A stretch of 63,658 bases of DNA, filler included, from Octopus bimaculoides (GCF_001194135.2; 4 parts of 3 records of this genome joined end to end with filler, not necessarily neighbours in it), one strand, 5' to 3'. Shown: positions 25,740 to 37,769, counted from the whole stretch's first letter. Notes: generated by a model from the letters alone, not told the origin. Program-made: numbers and translations.

Positions 25740-26011
25740 TCAATTCGAAGATTGACCTTTTAAAGTCTCATCCCGTTTTTGCAACTTTTTCGCCTTTATT
25801 CGGCGATTCTGGAACCAAATTTTGATCTGTCGTTCACTTAAGTTAAGCAGTTGTGATAATTCCCAGCGGCGTGACTTTGAGATGTAGGTGGAGATAGCGT
25901 ACTCTCTTTCTAGCTCGGCGATTTGATACTTGGAATATGGTCTTCGGCGTTTCCGTAGAGCGATCGCTGACGGCGGCAGAGCTGACGGTAGATGGATTGC
26001 TTGTTGTAGAT
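25740..26011 (-). CDS. Post1: Posterior Hox gene Post1, terminal coding exon containing the whole homeodomain (homeobox 25958-25779); upstream coding exon(s) not located
   Basis: Minus strand reads the acceptor tctatttttcttcttgcag|AT, then [89 protein letters not shown] (TGA at 25742-25740). It has WFQNRR helix 3, an Abd-B-type N-terminal arm (RKRRRPYSK) and the [13 protein letters not shown] motif characteristic of spiralian Post1. The preceding intron is phase 1. Confidence 0.95.
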
Positions 26012-26506
26012 CTGCAAGAAGAAAAATAGATAAATAAATAAATCAATCAATGACTGAATAAATAAAGTGAATAAGTTATAATAGTAATATTAATGATTAT
26101 GATGATGAGAAGATTTATAATAATAATTATTATATTAACAACACCAATAATAATAACAATAATAATAAGGTTTCTTTTATTGTCCCAAGGCGCTTTTTAT
26201 AAACAATTCCTGGTAACAGGGGCCTCAGTATTTATTTCAATCGGTTATGGAAAATAAGCTTGAAGAAAAACAACATACATTCTCTAAGAGAAAGTCACGA
26301 AAGCACAATGAAGAAAACTCAAAGACCTCGAATAACTATGACTACCAAGTGCTAGCACATTCTTACACTGATTTCCTGCTTATGATAATGATGACGATAG
26401 TAACAACATCAACAACGAATAATAATGATTCCTTTTGCTGACCACACGAATCCAAAATGTCGAGAACAGTACAAAAATTAAATAAGTATTGGGCAAGAAA
26501 CAGTGG

Positions 26507-26607
26507 GGAACTTAGATCTCGTAAAGTGTTGAGAGCGTATTAGGAACTTAGACCTAGTAAAGTGTTTAGATCTGGAGAACTTAGATCTAGTAAAGTATTG
26601 AGAGCGA
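26507..26607. repeat. Three-copy ~33-36-bp minisatellite in the Post1 intron
   Basis: Unit gaacttagatct(c/a)gtaaagt(g/a)tt occurs three times. Confidence 0.9.
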
Positions 26608-26747
26608 CAAATAATAATGTCACTTTAATAAATAGGCAATTATAAATATGATGAATGAATAAGAATGTACAGCATCATATTGTTACATACATTGGATTTA
26701 TAGAGTGCTTAATGTCATAAATTAACTAATTAATAGTGTATTATTTG

Positions 26748-26968
26748 TAAGGCAGCGAGCTGACAAAATCTTTAGTACGCTGGGCGAAACGCTTAACCGT
26801 AATTTGTCCGTCTTTACGACGTTTTGAGTTCAAATTCCGCTGAGGTCGACTTTGTCTTTTATCCTTTCGGAGTCGATAAATTAAGTACCAGTGAAACACT
26901 GGGGTCGATGTAATCGGCTAGTCCCCTTTCCCAAAATTTCCAGGTTCTTGTTCCTAGAGTAGAAATAA
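26748..26968 (+). mobile_element. SINE-A, full length, antisense within the Post1 intron
   Basis: taaggcagcgagctgacaaaatc...gttcctagagtagaaataat. Confidence 0.9.
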
Positions 26969-27441
26969 TATCGTATTATTTTTGTTTTCATAGATTTGTT
27001 GATGGCTAAAGATATTGTTGTATTCCTTTTGAGTGCGCTGTTGGCCAAATACTCGCCAAAAGACGAAGCAAGCAGCGATTTGATCTCAGAACGTAAAGAG
27101 ACATGAGAGAAACTCGAAAGGCGCCTTTCACTGCATGCGCGCATGCACAAACACACACATGCGCGCGCGCACGCACGCATGTATGTATGCATATATACTT
27201 GTATGTATGTATACATAAATTCATTATATACACACACGTCTCTTTCTTTTTCTCTCTCTTCCTGTCTGTCTGTTTCTCTCTCTCTCCCTCTCTCTGTATA
27301 TATATATATCCCTTTAGGTATGTAAGTATCCCAGTTAGAAGAAAAATTGCAGCAAATTTTACCGGAAAAAACTACATAAACACGCTGTTTTCATGATACA
27401 TATAATCACAATAAATGAGTATGAATAAATGCGTGTTTGTT

Positions 27442-27501
<60 letters not shown>

Positions 27502-28637
27502 AGTGTGTGCGTATGTGTGTATGAATGTACGTGCGTGCGAATAATGGCGAAAAACTTAATGGAAACGTCTTGAAACAGAAACGTTTCTAAGATTTAAATC
27601 CTAACTTCGTCTAAACCATGAATCTGGTCTGTATAACACTAAGAGGTTCTTAGGTGTTTGGTCAGATGTGTTTATAGGGGTGGGTGTAGAAGGGGGTGAG
27701 CGAGTGTGATATTGATACTACTTAGAAGAGTTATAAAAGGAAACACCCACTAAATTTACTCAAGAGATTCCCCCACCGCGACCACAAGCCCTACCACCAC
27801 CATCACCACTATCACTACCAAGATCACATCCTTTGCATTTATTGCAAGAAGCCCCTAATAATATCTGTATTTGACAGCAAAGCTTTTGCGATGAAAGGAG
27901 GCGAACGTTTTGACTGTCTATTTGGACAGAAACATATCAATTCCATTAGTAAAAAGAGAGGTGCAAGTGACTGTAAAAAGTTTAAGAAGGAAAGACACAA
28001 AAAAAACAGCAACAACGAGGAGACAAGAAAGTTCAGGAAGAAAAAAAAAAAAAAGAAAAAAAGACAAGAGAAGACGAAACCTCGAAAAGAAGAAAAAAAA
28101 ATCAAGGTAAAACGTAAACCAGAAAGAAGCAAAAAGAAAAAAAAGAAAGAAAAGCTAGCGCAATATTACTGTTTCAATGATGTCAACAACAATTACAAAA
28201 CAAATAAAGAAAGAAAAAGAAGAAGGAGAAAGAGGAGAAAATAAGAAATTGTAAATGAAATGTGTAAGATGTGTGAAAGAAGAAACCATTCTGTTGAAGT
28301 GTATAGTTGAAGCGAAGTTAATGCTGTTTTGAAAGGTCTCTTTACATCAATGAGAGCAGTACAAGTGTGTTTGTGTTAAATACCACAGCCTTCTCTCTCG
28401 CTCTCTCTCTCATTCTCTCACACTCTCTTTCTCTCTTTCTTACTGTTTTTTTTTTTATCTCTCTTATTCTGTATGCTGTATGACCGTGTGTTGTGTGTTG
28501 TGCGTTTGGCAAGAAGAAAGAAAAAAAAAACATAATGAAGATAAATAAAAATCCTCATCCACAAAAAAAAAACTGACATCGATTTCAAAGATCTCTTATA
28601 CATATATACATAGTACATAGGCGCGCGTGCGCGTGTA

Positions 28638-28685
<48 letters not shown>

Positions 28686-29459
28686 TATATCAGCAAAATG
28701 CATGAGTGAATATATATATATATATATGCAAATACATACGTATAATTATATGTATACGTATAATTAGATATTTATAAATATGTATAATTAAATACACATA
28801 CGTGTACACGTGTATAAATATATATATATATATACATATATACATATATATATCGTTGTATATGTAGAAATGATATATATATACGTGTGGGTGTGTGGGT
28901 GTGTGTGCGTATACACACATACATATATCTGTGTCTTTCTTTATACAAATACATATATTGCATGTCTATATATGTGCATATGTATGTGTAGATGTATGTA
29001 AATATATTTATATATATAAATAAATAAAATGTGTTATATAAAAGATATGTAGCCAGATAACTAAGAGATATAAGAAAAATACACCCACATTCAACACACA
29101 TACACACACACACACACACACAGATACATACTTGCTCACATACACGTATATACACAAACAAACAAATCACAGTAACAAGAAACTAATATATAAATATAAA
29201 TAAGATGCTTTCAGAATTGAAATGATATTTTTTCAGTTATTTTGTAAAAAAAAAAAAAAAAAAATACAAGAAAAAATTCAATAAGTTAATAAGACAAAAC
29301 AAAACACACATACGCAACACATACATATAAACATAAACATCAGACGCACACACACACACNNNNNNNNNNNNNNNNNNNNNNNNNNNNNNNNNNNNNNNNN
29401 NNNTTAATTAATTAANNNNNNNNNNNNNNNNNNNNNNNNNNNNNNNNNNNNNNNNNNNN

Positions 29460-29523
<64 letters not shown>

Positions 29524-29540
29524 GTAATAATAATAATAAT

Positions 29541-30729
29541 ATCCCATCCTGAAATGGACACAAGTGAAGATTTACCAATTCAATCGCACTACCCGAAAAA
29601 CAATAACAATGCATGGTGCCCTCCACCTTAAGGCAAATGTACACAGACTCTACATGAAGAGAGGTAAAGGTGGACGTGGGCTGATTAGCATACAGGAGTG
29701 CATCATCAGTGAAAGAAGAAACATGGTAGAATATTTGATAAACAGCAAACAAGACCTGTACAGTATGCTGCTAATGCAGAAGAATTTACCAAAAATGAAC
29801 TTGAGAGTGCTCGTGAATTCCGATCAAGAACAGCCAACGAGAGAGAAGAAACTTTACTCCGTATGGAATTACATGGTCACTTCCGTGAAACCAATAAATT
29901 AAAAGACTAGGAAGCATCATGGAGGTGGTTTAACAAGGGTGACCTAAAAAAAGAAGACTGAAAGCCTAATTATCACTGCCCAGGACCAGACATTGAATAC
30001 CAACTCAGTGAAAAAGAATATATACCACACGAGTGCATCGGACTTCTGCAGAATGTGTGGGAAGTGGATCGAAAGTGTGACTCACATTGTTAGTGCTTGT
30101 GAACGTTTTGCGCAGAAAGAGTACAAGCACAGGCACGACAAGTTAACCCAGAACCTCTACGGCTACTATACCGTAAGTATGGATATGAGATTACGGGTGA
30201 TTGGTACCAACATACACCGGAAAAGGTAGTGGGTGAAAAGGGGAAGGCAAAAATCCTCAGGGACTTTGATTTCCAGACAGACAAAGTGTTAGAACACCGA
30301 AGGCCGGATATATTAACCTTTAGGAGGGACAAACAAGAGTGCCTGATAATCGACGTGGCAGTGCCAAGAGATCAACACATCATCATGAAAGAAAGAGAAA
30401 AAGTTGATAAATATGGAGACCTGAGAATTGAGTTGTGACAGCTACGAGAGTCAAACATAAAGGTTATCCCTATTATTATCGGAACATTGGGTTCAATACC
30501 ACCCAATCTGAAAAAAAACATCTGAAAACCTTAGAAATATCCTACAATCTAGATGTTTAGCAAAAGTCAGCATTACTTGGAACTGCACGCATATTGCGTA
30601 AAGTACTGTCTGTCTGAGATCCTTGTTGTGACTTGACAAACAGTACAAAACCCCGGTACAAGTACAAACCCCCGGTAGACACAATATCTTCAATCAACAA
30701 CCTCACGTTATTGTATACTGTGCGACGTC

Positions 30730-30731
<2 letters not shown>
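29541..30731 (+). mobile_element. 5'-truncated R4/Dong-type non-LTR retrotransposon (RT thumb, CCHC zinc knuckle, RLE, 3' UTR) flanked by (AAT)n
   Basis: Frameshifted: HGALHLKANVHRLYMKRGKGGRGL..KKETESLIITAQDQ..CRMCGKWIESVTHIVSAC..RHD..ILRDFDFQTDKVLEHRRPDILTF..IIDVAVP..KVIPIIIGTLGSIP..LRKVLSV* (stop 30615-30617). Confidence 0.93.
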
Positions 30732-30826
<95 letters not shown>

Positions 30827-30845
30827 TTGATGATAATCACTTATA

Positions 30846-31997
30846 AAATGCCCAAATGGCCTGCACAAGACCTATCCTGTGACAGTCAAGCTCGACTTCT
30901 TCGCTAAACCAACAGGAGAAGAGTTGGAAAAGGCGAGTATCTGGCGCCTTCAAATAACCAGTGCTCCAAGTAAGCTGTACTCGTTAGCCTTGGATGACAA
31001 GAAACCTAGAAGGAACAATCTGAGTTCAAAACCAGAGGAGCAAGGCCCATACCACCTAGGCGGACTACCTTGATAGAGGTGTCTCGATAGCAATACCGAT
31101 TGGTAGTAACCTAAAAACACACCTCATTTGTGAGTGAAAATGCCAAGCAAAAAAGATGGCAATAGCGGTGTGAACGGGATTGGAACTAATGGTGAAAGTG
31201 CCGCACCCGGCAGGCGCCCCACTGTGCAGCAGGATGGACCCGGTCGTAATCCAGCAACTGCTAGCCTTGCTACAAGATATTAATGGAGTAAATAAGTAAA
31301 CATGATGATTATGGAGTGTTACTACTGGAGCACCCCAGTTGATGCGAAAGGCGTGCCCATCAGAGGGTACAGAAAACGAATGCACAGTGAATGGAAGGCA
31401 ATGGGACTGTCTGAAATTACTGAAAAGAGATTATGTGACCAAGTAAGAGCAATACGAAAGAATGGATGGTTAATAGAATGGGAGCTAGAAGCTATTAAAT
31501 GAAGGATACCTGTTGATGCAGGGTATGCGAAAAACGAAAGCGGTGGAAAGGGAGAATCTCTGAAGATAAAAACTCCTTGAACATCGTAGTGTCCATATTT
31601 GTCAGGAAAAGAAATGGAGAACTTAAGAATGAATGGAAAAAGTTAGGAAGATGTATGGTGTAGATACAAAGGCCTGAATATTGTAATTGAAGAACTGAAA
31701 CAGCGCATACATGCAAAAACAAAAAGCTAACTAGGTTTGAAAAACGGATTAAGCAATACCGGCAAAACAAATTGGTACCGAGGATTAATGATGATAAATA
31801 ACGATCCACTGTTTTAGAACTGATATTAGAATGGAAATCCTATGCAAGATTGATGTCTTGCAAAAGCAGCCTTGTTGGGCACAGCGCACATCTTATGGAA
31901 AGTATTACCTGTCTGAGGTCCTTGTTGTGACTTGATAGATAACTAAAGACACCGGTGCATTTTTACCTACACTGTGTTACGAAGGAGCAATAATAAT
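30846..31997 (+). mobile_element. R4/Dong-type element with both ends retained and the RT deleted
   Basis: 5' UTR, then the N-terminal domain [49 protein letters not shown], then KLTRFEKRIKQYRQNKL, then a jump to the C-terminus IDVLQKAALLGTAHILWKVLPV*, 3' UTR and (AAT)n. Confidence 0.85.
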
Positions 31998-32207
31998 CTA
32001 TTCTACTCAAGACACAAGGCTCGAAATTTTGTGGGAGGGAGCCAGTCGATTAGATCGACTCCAGTACGCAACTAGTACTTAATTAATCGACCCCGAAAGG
32101 ATGAAATGCAAAGTCAACTTCGGCGGAATTTGAACTCAAAACGTAAAGACAGACGAAACACCGGTAACTATGTCGGCATGCTAACGATTCTGCCAGCTTG
32201 CCACCTT
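31998..32207 (-). mobile_element. SINE-A, full length, tail-to-tail with the Dong element
   Basis: ttctactcaagacacaagg...ctgccagcttgccacctt. Confidence 0.9.
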
Positions 32208-32675
32208 AATAATAATAATCATAATCATAATAATAATAATAATAATAATAATAGCAACAACAACGTGTGCGTTCGTGGCTTGCATGTAAACATGTACAAA
32301 GACGCACAAACCCATACGCGGGCGCACACATAACACTCCTGCGCAATACACATATGCACACATTAAACCATTTTACTCCCATCAGATGTGACGAGCGATT
32401 CAAATTGCAATGGAGCCAAGTCAAGCGAAAGAAAGAAGAGAAGCGAAGTATAATGTCACATAGTAAAGAATGAAGAGGAGGAGAGAGAGAAAAACAAGCA
32501 AACAAATAAATAGGAAAAGAATACTACGTGAGTGTGGCGATGTAAAAGAGTGGAATATCTGATGAGAGGCGAAAGGTAAATTCTCCAGTAGTGTGATGCT
32601 GTATACAATTACGTTAGAGGCAAACAATTCATAGGCTACAATATATTTTCCTTCTTGAATTCATAATCATGAACG

Positions 32676-32713
<38 letters not shown>

Positions 32714-32760
32714 CATACATACATACATACATACATACATACATACATACATACATACAT

Positions 32761-32791
<31 letters not shown>

Positions 32792-33466
32792 NNNNNNNNN
32801 NNNNNNNNNNNNNNNNNNNNNNNNNNNNNNNNNNNNNNNNNNNNNNNNNNNNNNNNNNNNNNNNNNNNNNNNNNNNNNNNNNNNNNNNNNNNNNNNNNNN
32901 NNNNNNNNNNNNNNNNNNNNNNNNNNNNNNNNNNNNNNNNNNNNNNNNNNNNNNNNNNNNNNNNNNNNNNNNNNNNNNNNNNNNNNNNNNNNNNNNNNNN
33001 NNNNNNNNNNNNNNNNNNNNNNNNNNNNNNNNNNNNNNNNNNNNNNNNNNNNNNNNNNNNNNNNNNNNNNNNNNNNNNNNNNNNNNNNNNNNNNNNNNNN
33101 NNNNNNNNNNNNNNNNNNNNNNNNNNNNNNNNNNNNNNNNNNNNNNNNNNNNNNNNNNNNNNNNNNNNNNNNNNNNNNNNNNNNNNNNNNNNNNNNNNNN
33201 NNNNNNNNNNNNNNNNNNNNNNNNNNNNNNNNNNNNNNNNNNNNNNNNNNNNNNNNNNNNNNNNNNNNNNNNNNNNNNNNNNNNNNNNNNNNNNNNNNNN
33301 NNNNNNNNNNNNNNNNNNNNNNNNNNNNNNNNNNNNNNNNNNNNNNNNNNNNNNNNNNNNNNNNNNNNNNNNNNNNNNNNNNNNNNNNNNNNNNNNNNNN
33401 NNNNNNNNNNNNNNNNNNNNNNNNNNNNNNNNNNNNNNNNNNNNNNNNNNNNNNNNNNNNNNNNNN

Positions 33467-33510
<44 letters not shown>

Positions 33511-33527
33511 CGTCACTGTATTGTTCC

Positions 33528-33860
33528 AAACGTCCCAGCTATCCCGTCTAAAGTGAGGACCATGTACTGCAATAGCTTGAAATTCAAGGGCCCACAGCTA
33601 TTTAACCCCTTGACAAAACATGAGGGATCTTCATGGAGTAGGTGTTGATGTTTTCAAGAAACAACTTGACCTCCTGTTATCCAAGGTCCCAGATGAACCA
33701 ATATCAGGCCAATAGACTCAAAAGATGGCAGAAGTGTCGAACTCCTCCCTAAATAAAAGCCAATCACACAGAATTAACCATTAAAGGGGTGATTACACTA
33801 GCGGTGCTCCAGCATGGCCACAAGCTTAGGGCTGAAACATGTAAACGAATAAAATAATAA
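33528..33860 (+). mobile_element. CR1-group LINE 3' end
   Basis: VPAIPSKVRTMYCNSLKFKGPQLFN(fs)..DLHGVGVDVFKKQLDLLLSKVPDEP is a typical CR1 RT C-terminus (GP.LFN.LP..F...LD..L..VPD.P); 3' UTR ends ggtgctccagcatggccac..ctgaaacatgtaaacgaataaaa. Confidence 0.85.
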
Positions 33861-33880
33861 GAGAATATATATATATATAT

Positions 33881-34192
33881 GCTGAGAACCCTTTCGGTCA
33901 TGACTGACCATGGAATTGCACCTACAAAGTTACCCTCCTAGGTACAAGTCCGGGCAAGGTTGTTTATGGAAGACCAGCTGTCGCCCATGCATACCGGCCT
34001 CCACGCTACCAAGGGAAAGGCAAAGGCCGATACAGCTTGGCACCTCCGACGCCGCAACTCATTTCTACAGCTGAGTGGACTGCAGCAACGTGAAATAAAG
34101 TGTCTTGCTCAAGAACACAACACACAGCCCGGTCCGGGATTCGAACTCACAACCTCACAATCATAAGCTCGACACTCTAACCACTGAGCCAT
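33881..34192 (-). mobile_element. SINE-C, near full length
   Basis: cagctgagtggactgcagcaacgtgaaataaagtgtcttgctcaagaacacaac..gattcgaactc..ctctaaccactgagccat. Confidence 0.88.
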
Positions 34193-34401
34193 TAAATATA
34201 GAGAATATTGCATTAAATATTATGAATATAACATAACATAACATAATATTATATAACATAAATAATTATAAAAACCATAAAAGACCAACAAATTGTTTCG
34301 ATTATATATATAGTCACTTCAGGGTCATGGTTTAGAAAAAGACGAAATTCCGCGTGAAAGATTTATTTTCCTCGCTTTATATATATATATATATATATAT
34401 A

Positions 34402-35630
34402 CAGGGTGCAGTGAATAAATTGTCGTCTAAATTACACAAAAATTAAAATAACAAACTTCTCATTTTAACAGATACATTTACTAGAATTACATTAAAATAT
34501 CTTGAAATACCAAAGAGTAAATTTATTCAATAAAATCACTATTGGCTTCAGTCACGACCTCCAGACAACTTCGGTATCTCCTGCAACTCTTCTAGTCGTT
34601 CCCTTGCTTAAGTTGGTGAATGCTGCCATAATCCTTGCCTTCAGTTCATCTTTGGTGTTACAAGGAGTTTTGTTGGTCCCTCACTCAACTGCGCCCTGCA
34701 CATAATAATCAAGTGGGTTGCATGGGGTGGTCGCAGAAATTGTTTGACAGCCATGACTGGGTTCTTCTGCTCGTGTGGAATGGTGCAGAGTTCTGTTACC
34801 TGACAGGGTCTTCCAGCAGCCACCCCCTTGACCCAGGGAAGCACTACCTCCTCCAGGCACTTAATATAGGCCTCCGTGTTGAGTCTGAGGCTGTGTGGGA
34901 AGATGAATGGAGGCATAACATCGCCATCACTAGTAATCTCTCCAAACACCATGATGTTGACTGGATATTTGATTTTTATCACTCCTGGTACGTTCTGCGG
35001 ACACGGCAAGCCAACAGCTGTTCTGTGTGTTCACTATCTGATCCTGGCTGAAATGTTTCTCTTCTAAGAAAAACCAAAGCATATTTGGTTGAAGGAGATG
35101 CTTGAGTTTGTTCAAAAGCACCGTAGCGCAGTCTTTCTTCTTGTCCTGGGATAAAAAAAAAATTGGCCCTTTCTCATCTTGTATGAGGAATACCCATAAG
35201 AAACTCACACGCTCCCATGTCTCTGGTGATGGACCTGGTTGATTTGTAAGGATCATTGTCAATCATGGCCCGGATCTCACCAGCAAATTCAGTTCTTTTC
35301 TTATAAGAACACTCAGAGTGAGTTTTCCGAGCTGCTGTACCTTCGTAATCACCATTAGATTCATCCAACTCATACCGAATCATCAGATTGCACTATCCTC
35401 AGATTGACACCCAAACACTCTGAAATGTTCGTATTGGAGCTTCCGGTGCGAATGCCAAGCAGTACAGCATGTCGTTTCCAAATTTGTGGCAGTGTGAATT
35501 GCGTCATGGTGCCGTTTTTCTTACTGACGGTGCCCAACTGACCCAATTTGACAAAATCAAAAACAAACAATGCGCATGCACGAAATTAAAAATATTGAAT
35601 GGCGACAATTTACCCGTCGCACCCTCCCTG
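34402..35630 (-). mobile_element. Near-complete maT-like DNA transposon, defective transposase (35507-34523)
   Basis: TA TSDs on both sides. TIRs cagggtgcagtgaataaattgtcgtc and ggcgacaatttacccgtcgcaccct(ccct)g. Remnants MTQFTLPQIWKRHAVLLGIR.., MVFGEITSDGDVMPPFIFP..YIKCLEEVVLPW.., CNPLDYYV..NTKDELKARI..EANSDFIE*. Confidence 0.92.
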
Positions 35631-35784
35631 TATGTATATGTATATGTATATGTNNNNNNNNNNNNNNNNNNNNNNNNNNNNNNNNNNNNNNNNNNNNNNN
35701 NNNNNNNNNNNNNNNNNNNNNNNNNNNNNNNNNNNNNNNNNNNNNNNNNNNNNNGGATAGAGAGAGAGATTATATAAAGCTATG

Positions 35785-35827
<43 letters not shown>

Positions 35828-37347
35828 GCTCACCATGGCTTTATATAATCTCTATTGAGTTAAAATCTTGTTTTTATTATGACTGAAAATTTAAAAAAAC
35901 ATTAACACGTGCATATATATACATATATATTCCATTCTGCAATAAGCAGGCCAAGAGCACACGCGAAGACGGAAAGTGTCGCTGAGGTCACAGATGTGTG
36001 ACGAAAGATTTCCGGACAATGGACATGAGTGAGAATAAGAACAGTAATAAACGAGTAAAGAACGAATATATAGCGCGTATGTTTATTTGGCAAAAAAATG
36101 TAATGACCATCTCGAAATACAATATTTTTTTTCAATACACGACTTCACATCAGGAATCTTGCAATACAAATCCATATATATATACACATATATATATATA
36201 TATATAAATATATANNNNNNNNNNNNNNNNNNNNNNNNNNNNNNNNNNNNNNNNNNNNNNNNNNNNNNNNNNNNNNNNNNNNNNNNNNNNNNNNNNNNNN
36301 NNNNNNNNNNNNNNNNNNNNNNNNNNNNNNNNNNNNNNNNNNNNNNNNNNNNNNNNNNNNNNNNNNNNNNNNNNNNNNNNNNNNNNNNNNNNNNNNNNNN
36401 NNNNNNNNNNNNNNNNNNNNNNNNNNNNNNNNNNNNNNNNNNNNNNNNNNNNNNNNNNNNNNNNNNNNNNNNNNNNNNNNNNNNNNNNNNNNNNNNNNNN
36501 NNNNNNNNNNNNNNNNNNNNNNNNNNNNNNNNNNNNNNNNNNNNNNNNNNNNNNNNNNNNNNNNNNNNNNNNNNNNNNNNNNNNNNNNNNNNNNNNNNNN
36601 NNNNNNNNNNNNNNNNNNNNNNNNNNNNNNNNNNNNNNNNNNNNNNNNNNNNNNNNNNNNNNNNNNNNNNNNNNNNNNNNNNNNNNNNNNNNNNNNNNNN
36701 NNNNNNNNNNNNNNNNNNNNNNNNNNNNNNNNNNNNNNNNNNNNNNNNNNNNNNNNNNNNNNNNNNNNNNNNNNNNNNNNNNNNNNNNNNNNNNNNNNNN
36801 NNNNNNNNNNNNNNNNNNNNNNNNNNNNNNNNNNNNNNNNNNNNNNNNNNNNNNNNNNNNNNNNNNNNNNNNNNNNNNNNNNNNNNNNNNNNNNNNNNNN
36901 NNNNNNNNNNNNNNNNNNNNNNNNNNNNNNNNNNNNNNNNNNNNNNNNNNNNNNNNNNNNNNNNNNNNNNNNNNNNNNNNNNNNNNNNNNNNNNNNNNNN
37001 NNNNNNNNNNNNNNNNNNNNNNNNNNNNNNNNNNNNNNNNNNNNNNNNNNNNNNNNNNNNNNNNNNNNNNNNNNNNNNNNNNNNNNNNNNNNNNNNNNNN
37101 NNNNNNNNNNNNNNNNNNNNNNNNNNNNNNNNNNNNNNNNNNNNNNNNGTGTGTGTGTGTGTGTGCGTGTGTTGTTTTTTGCTTCATTACACGTTTTTGG
37201 AATATTGAAAAGGTAGAATATGGGACGTGTGTCCAGAAAGTGCCAACGTCCGTCAAGAAGCTGTCATTTGGTTGTGAACCAAGCAGACGCCTCAACTATC
37301 ATAAATGTCCTTTTTTAAATAACAACAACAACAACAACAACAACAAC

Positions 37348-37407
<60 letters not shown>

Positions 37408-37719
37408 TATAATAATAATGTTGATGGCGATGATGAGGAGGAGCAGGGGAGGGAGTGGATGAAGAGAAAGGAGAAATTTTCTGGAGGAATGTGTATGACT
37501 GGCTTTCTTTTGGGGATTTTTCTGTGAAATAGTATGCTTTTTATTTATTTATTTATGTATTTATTTATTTATTTTTGGCGAAGGTTTTCGAAAAAATTGT
37601 GTTAAGTTTGCAAGATCCTCGTGAGAAAAGAAGAGCAGTAGAATATAAAATAGGGAAGAACAAGGAATAAATATATATGATGATGATGACGGTGTTTAAT
37701 TATCATTATTATTATTATT

Positions 37720-37763
<44 letters not shown>

Positions 37764-37769
37764 TATCAT

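Noticed and set aside
25843-26046. Track [23 protein letters not shown]...
   Set aside because: Alternative frame over the Post1 exon; its start lies in the intronic polypyrimidine tract.
26170-26250. Cluster of TTTAT (Cdx/Abd-B) motifs in the Post1 intron
   Set aside because: Expected by chance in DNA this AT-rich.
27891-28244. 117-aa Lys-rich ORF
   Set aside because: A-rich low-complexity DNA with no domain signal.
32559-32590. ctgatgagaggcgaaagg, a hammerhead-like core
   Set aside because: Stem I cannot form with the sequence after the putative cleavage site, and stem II would be one base pair.
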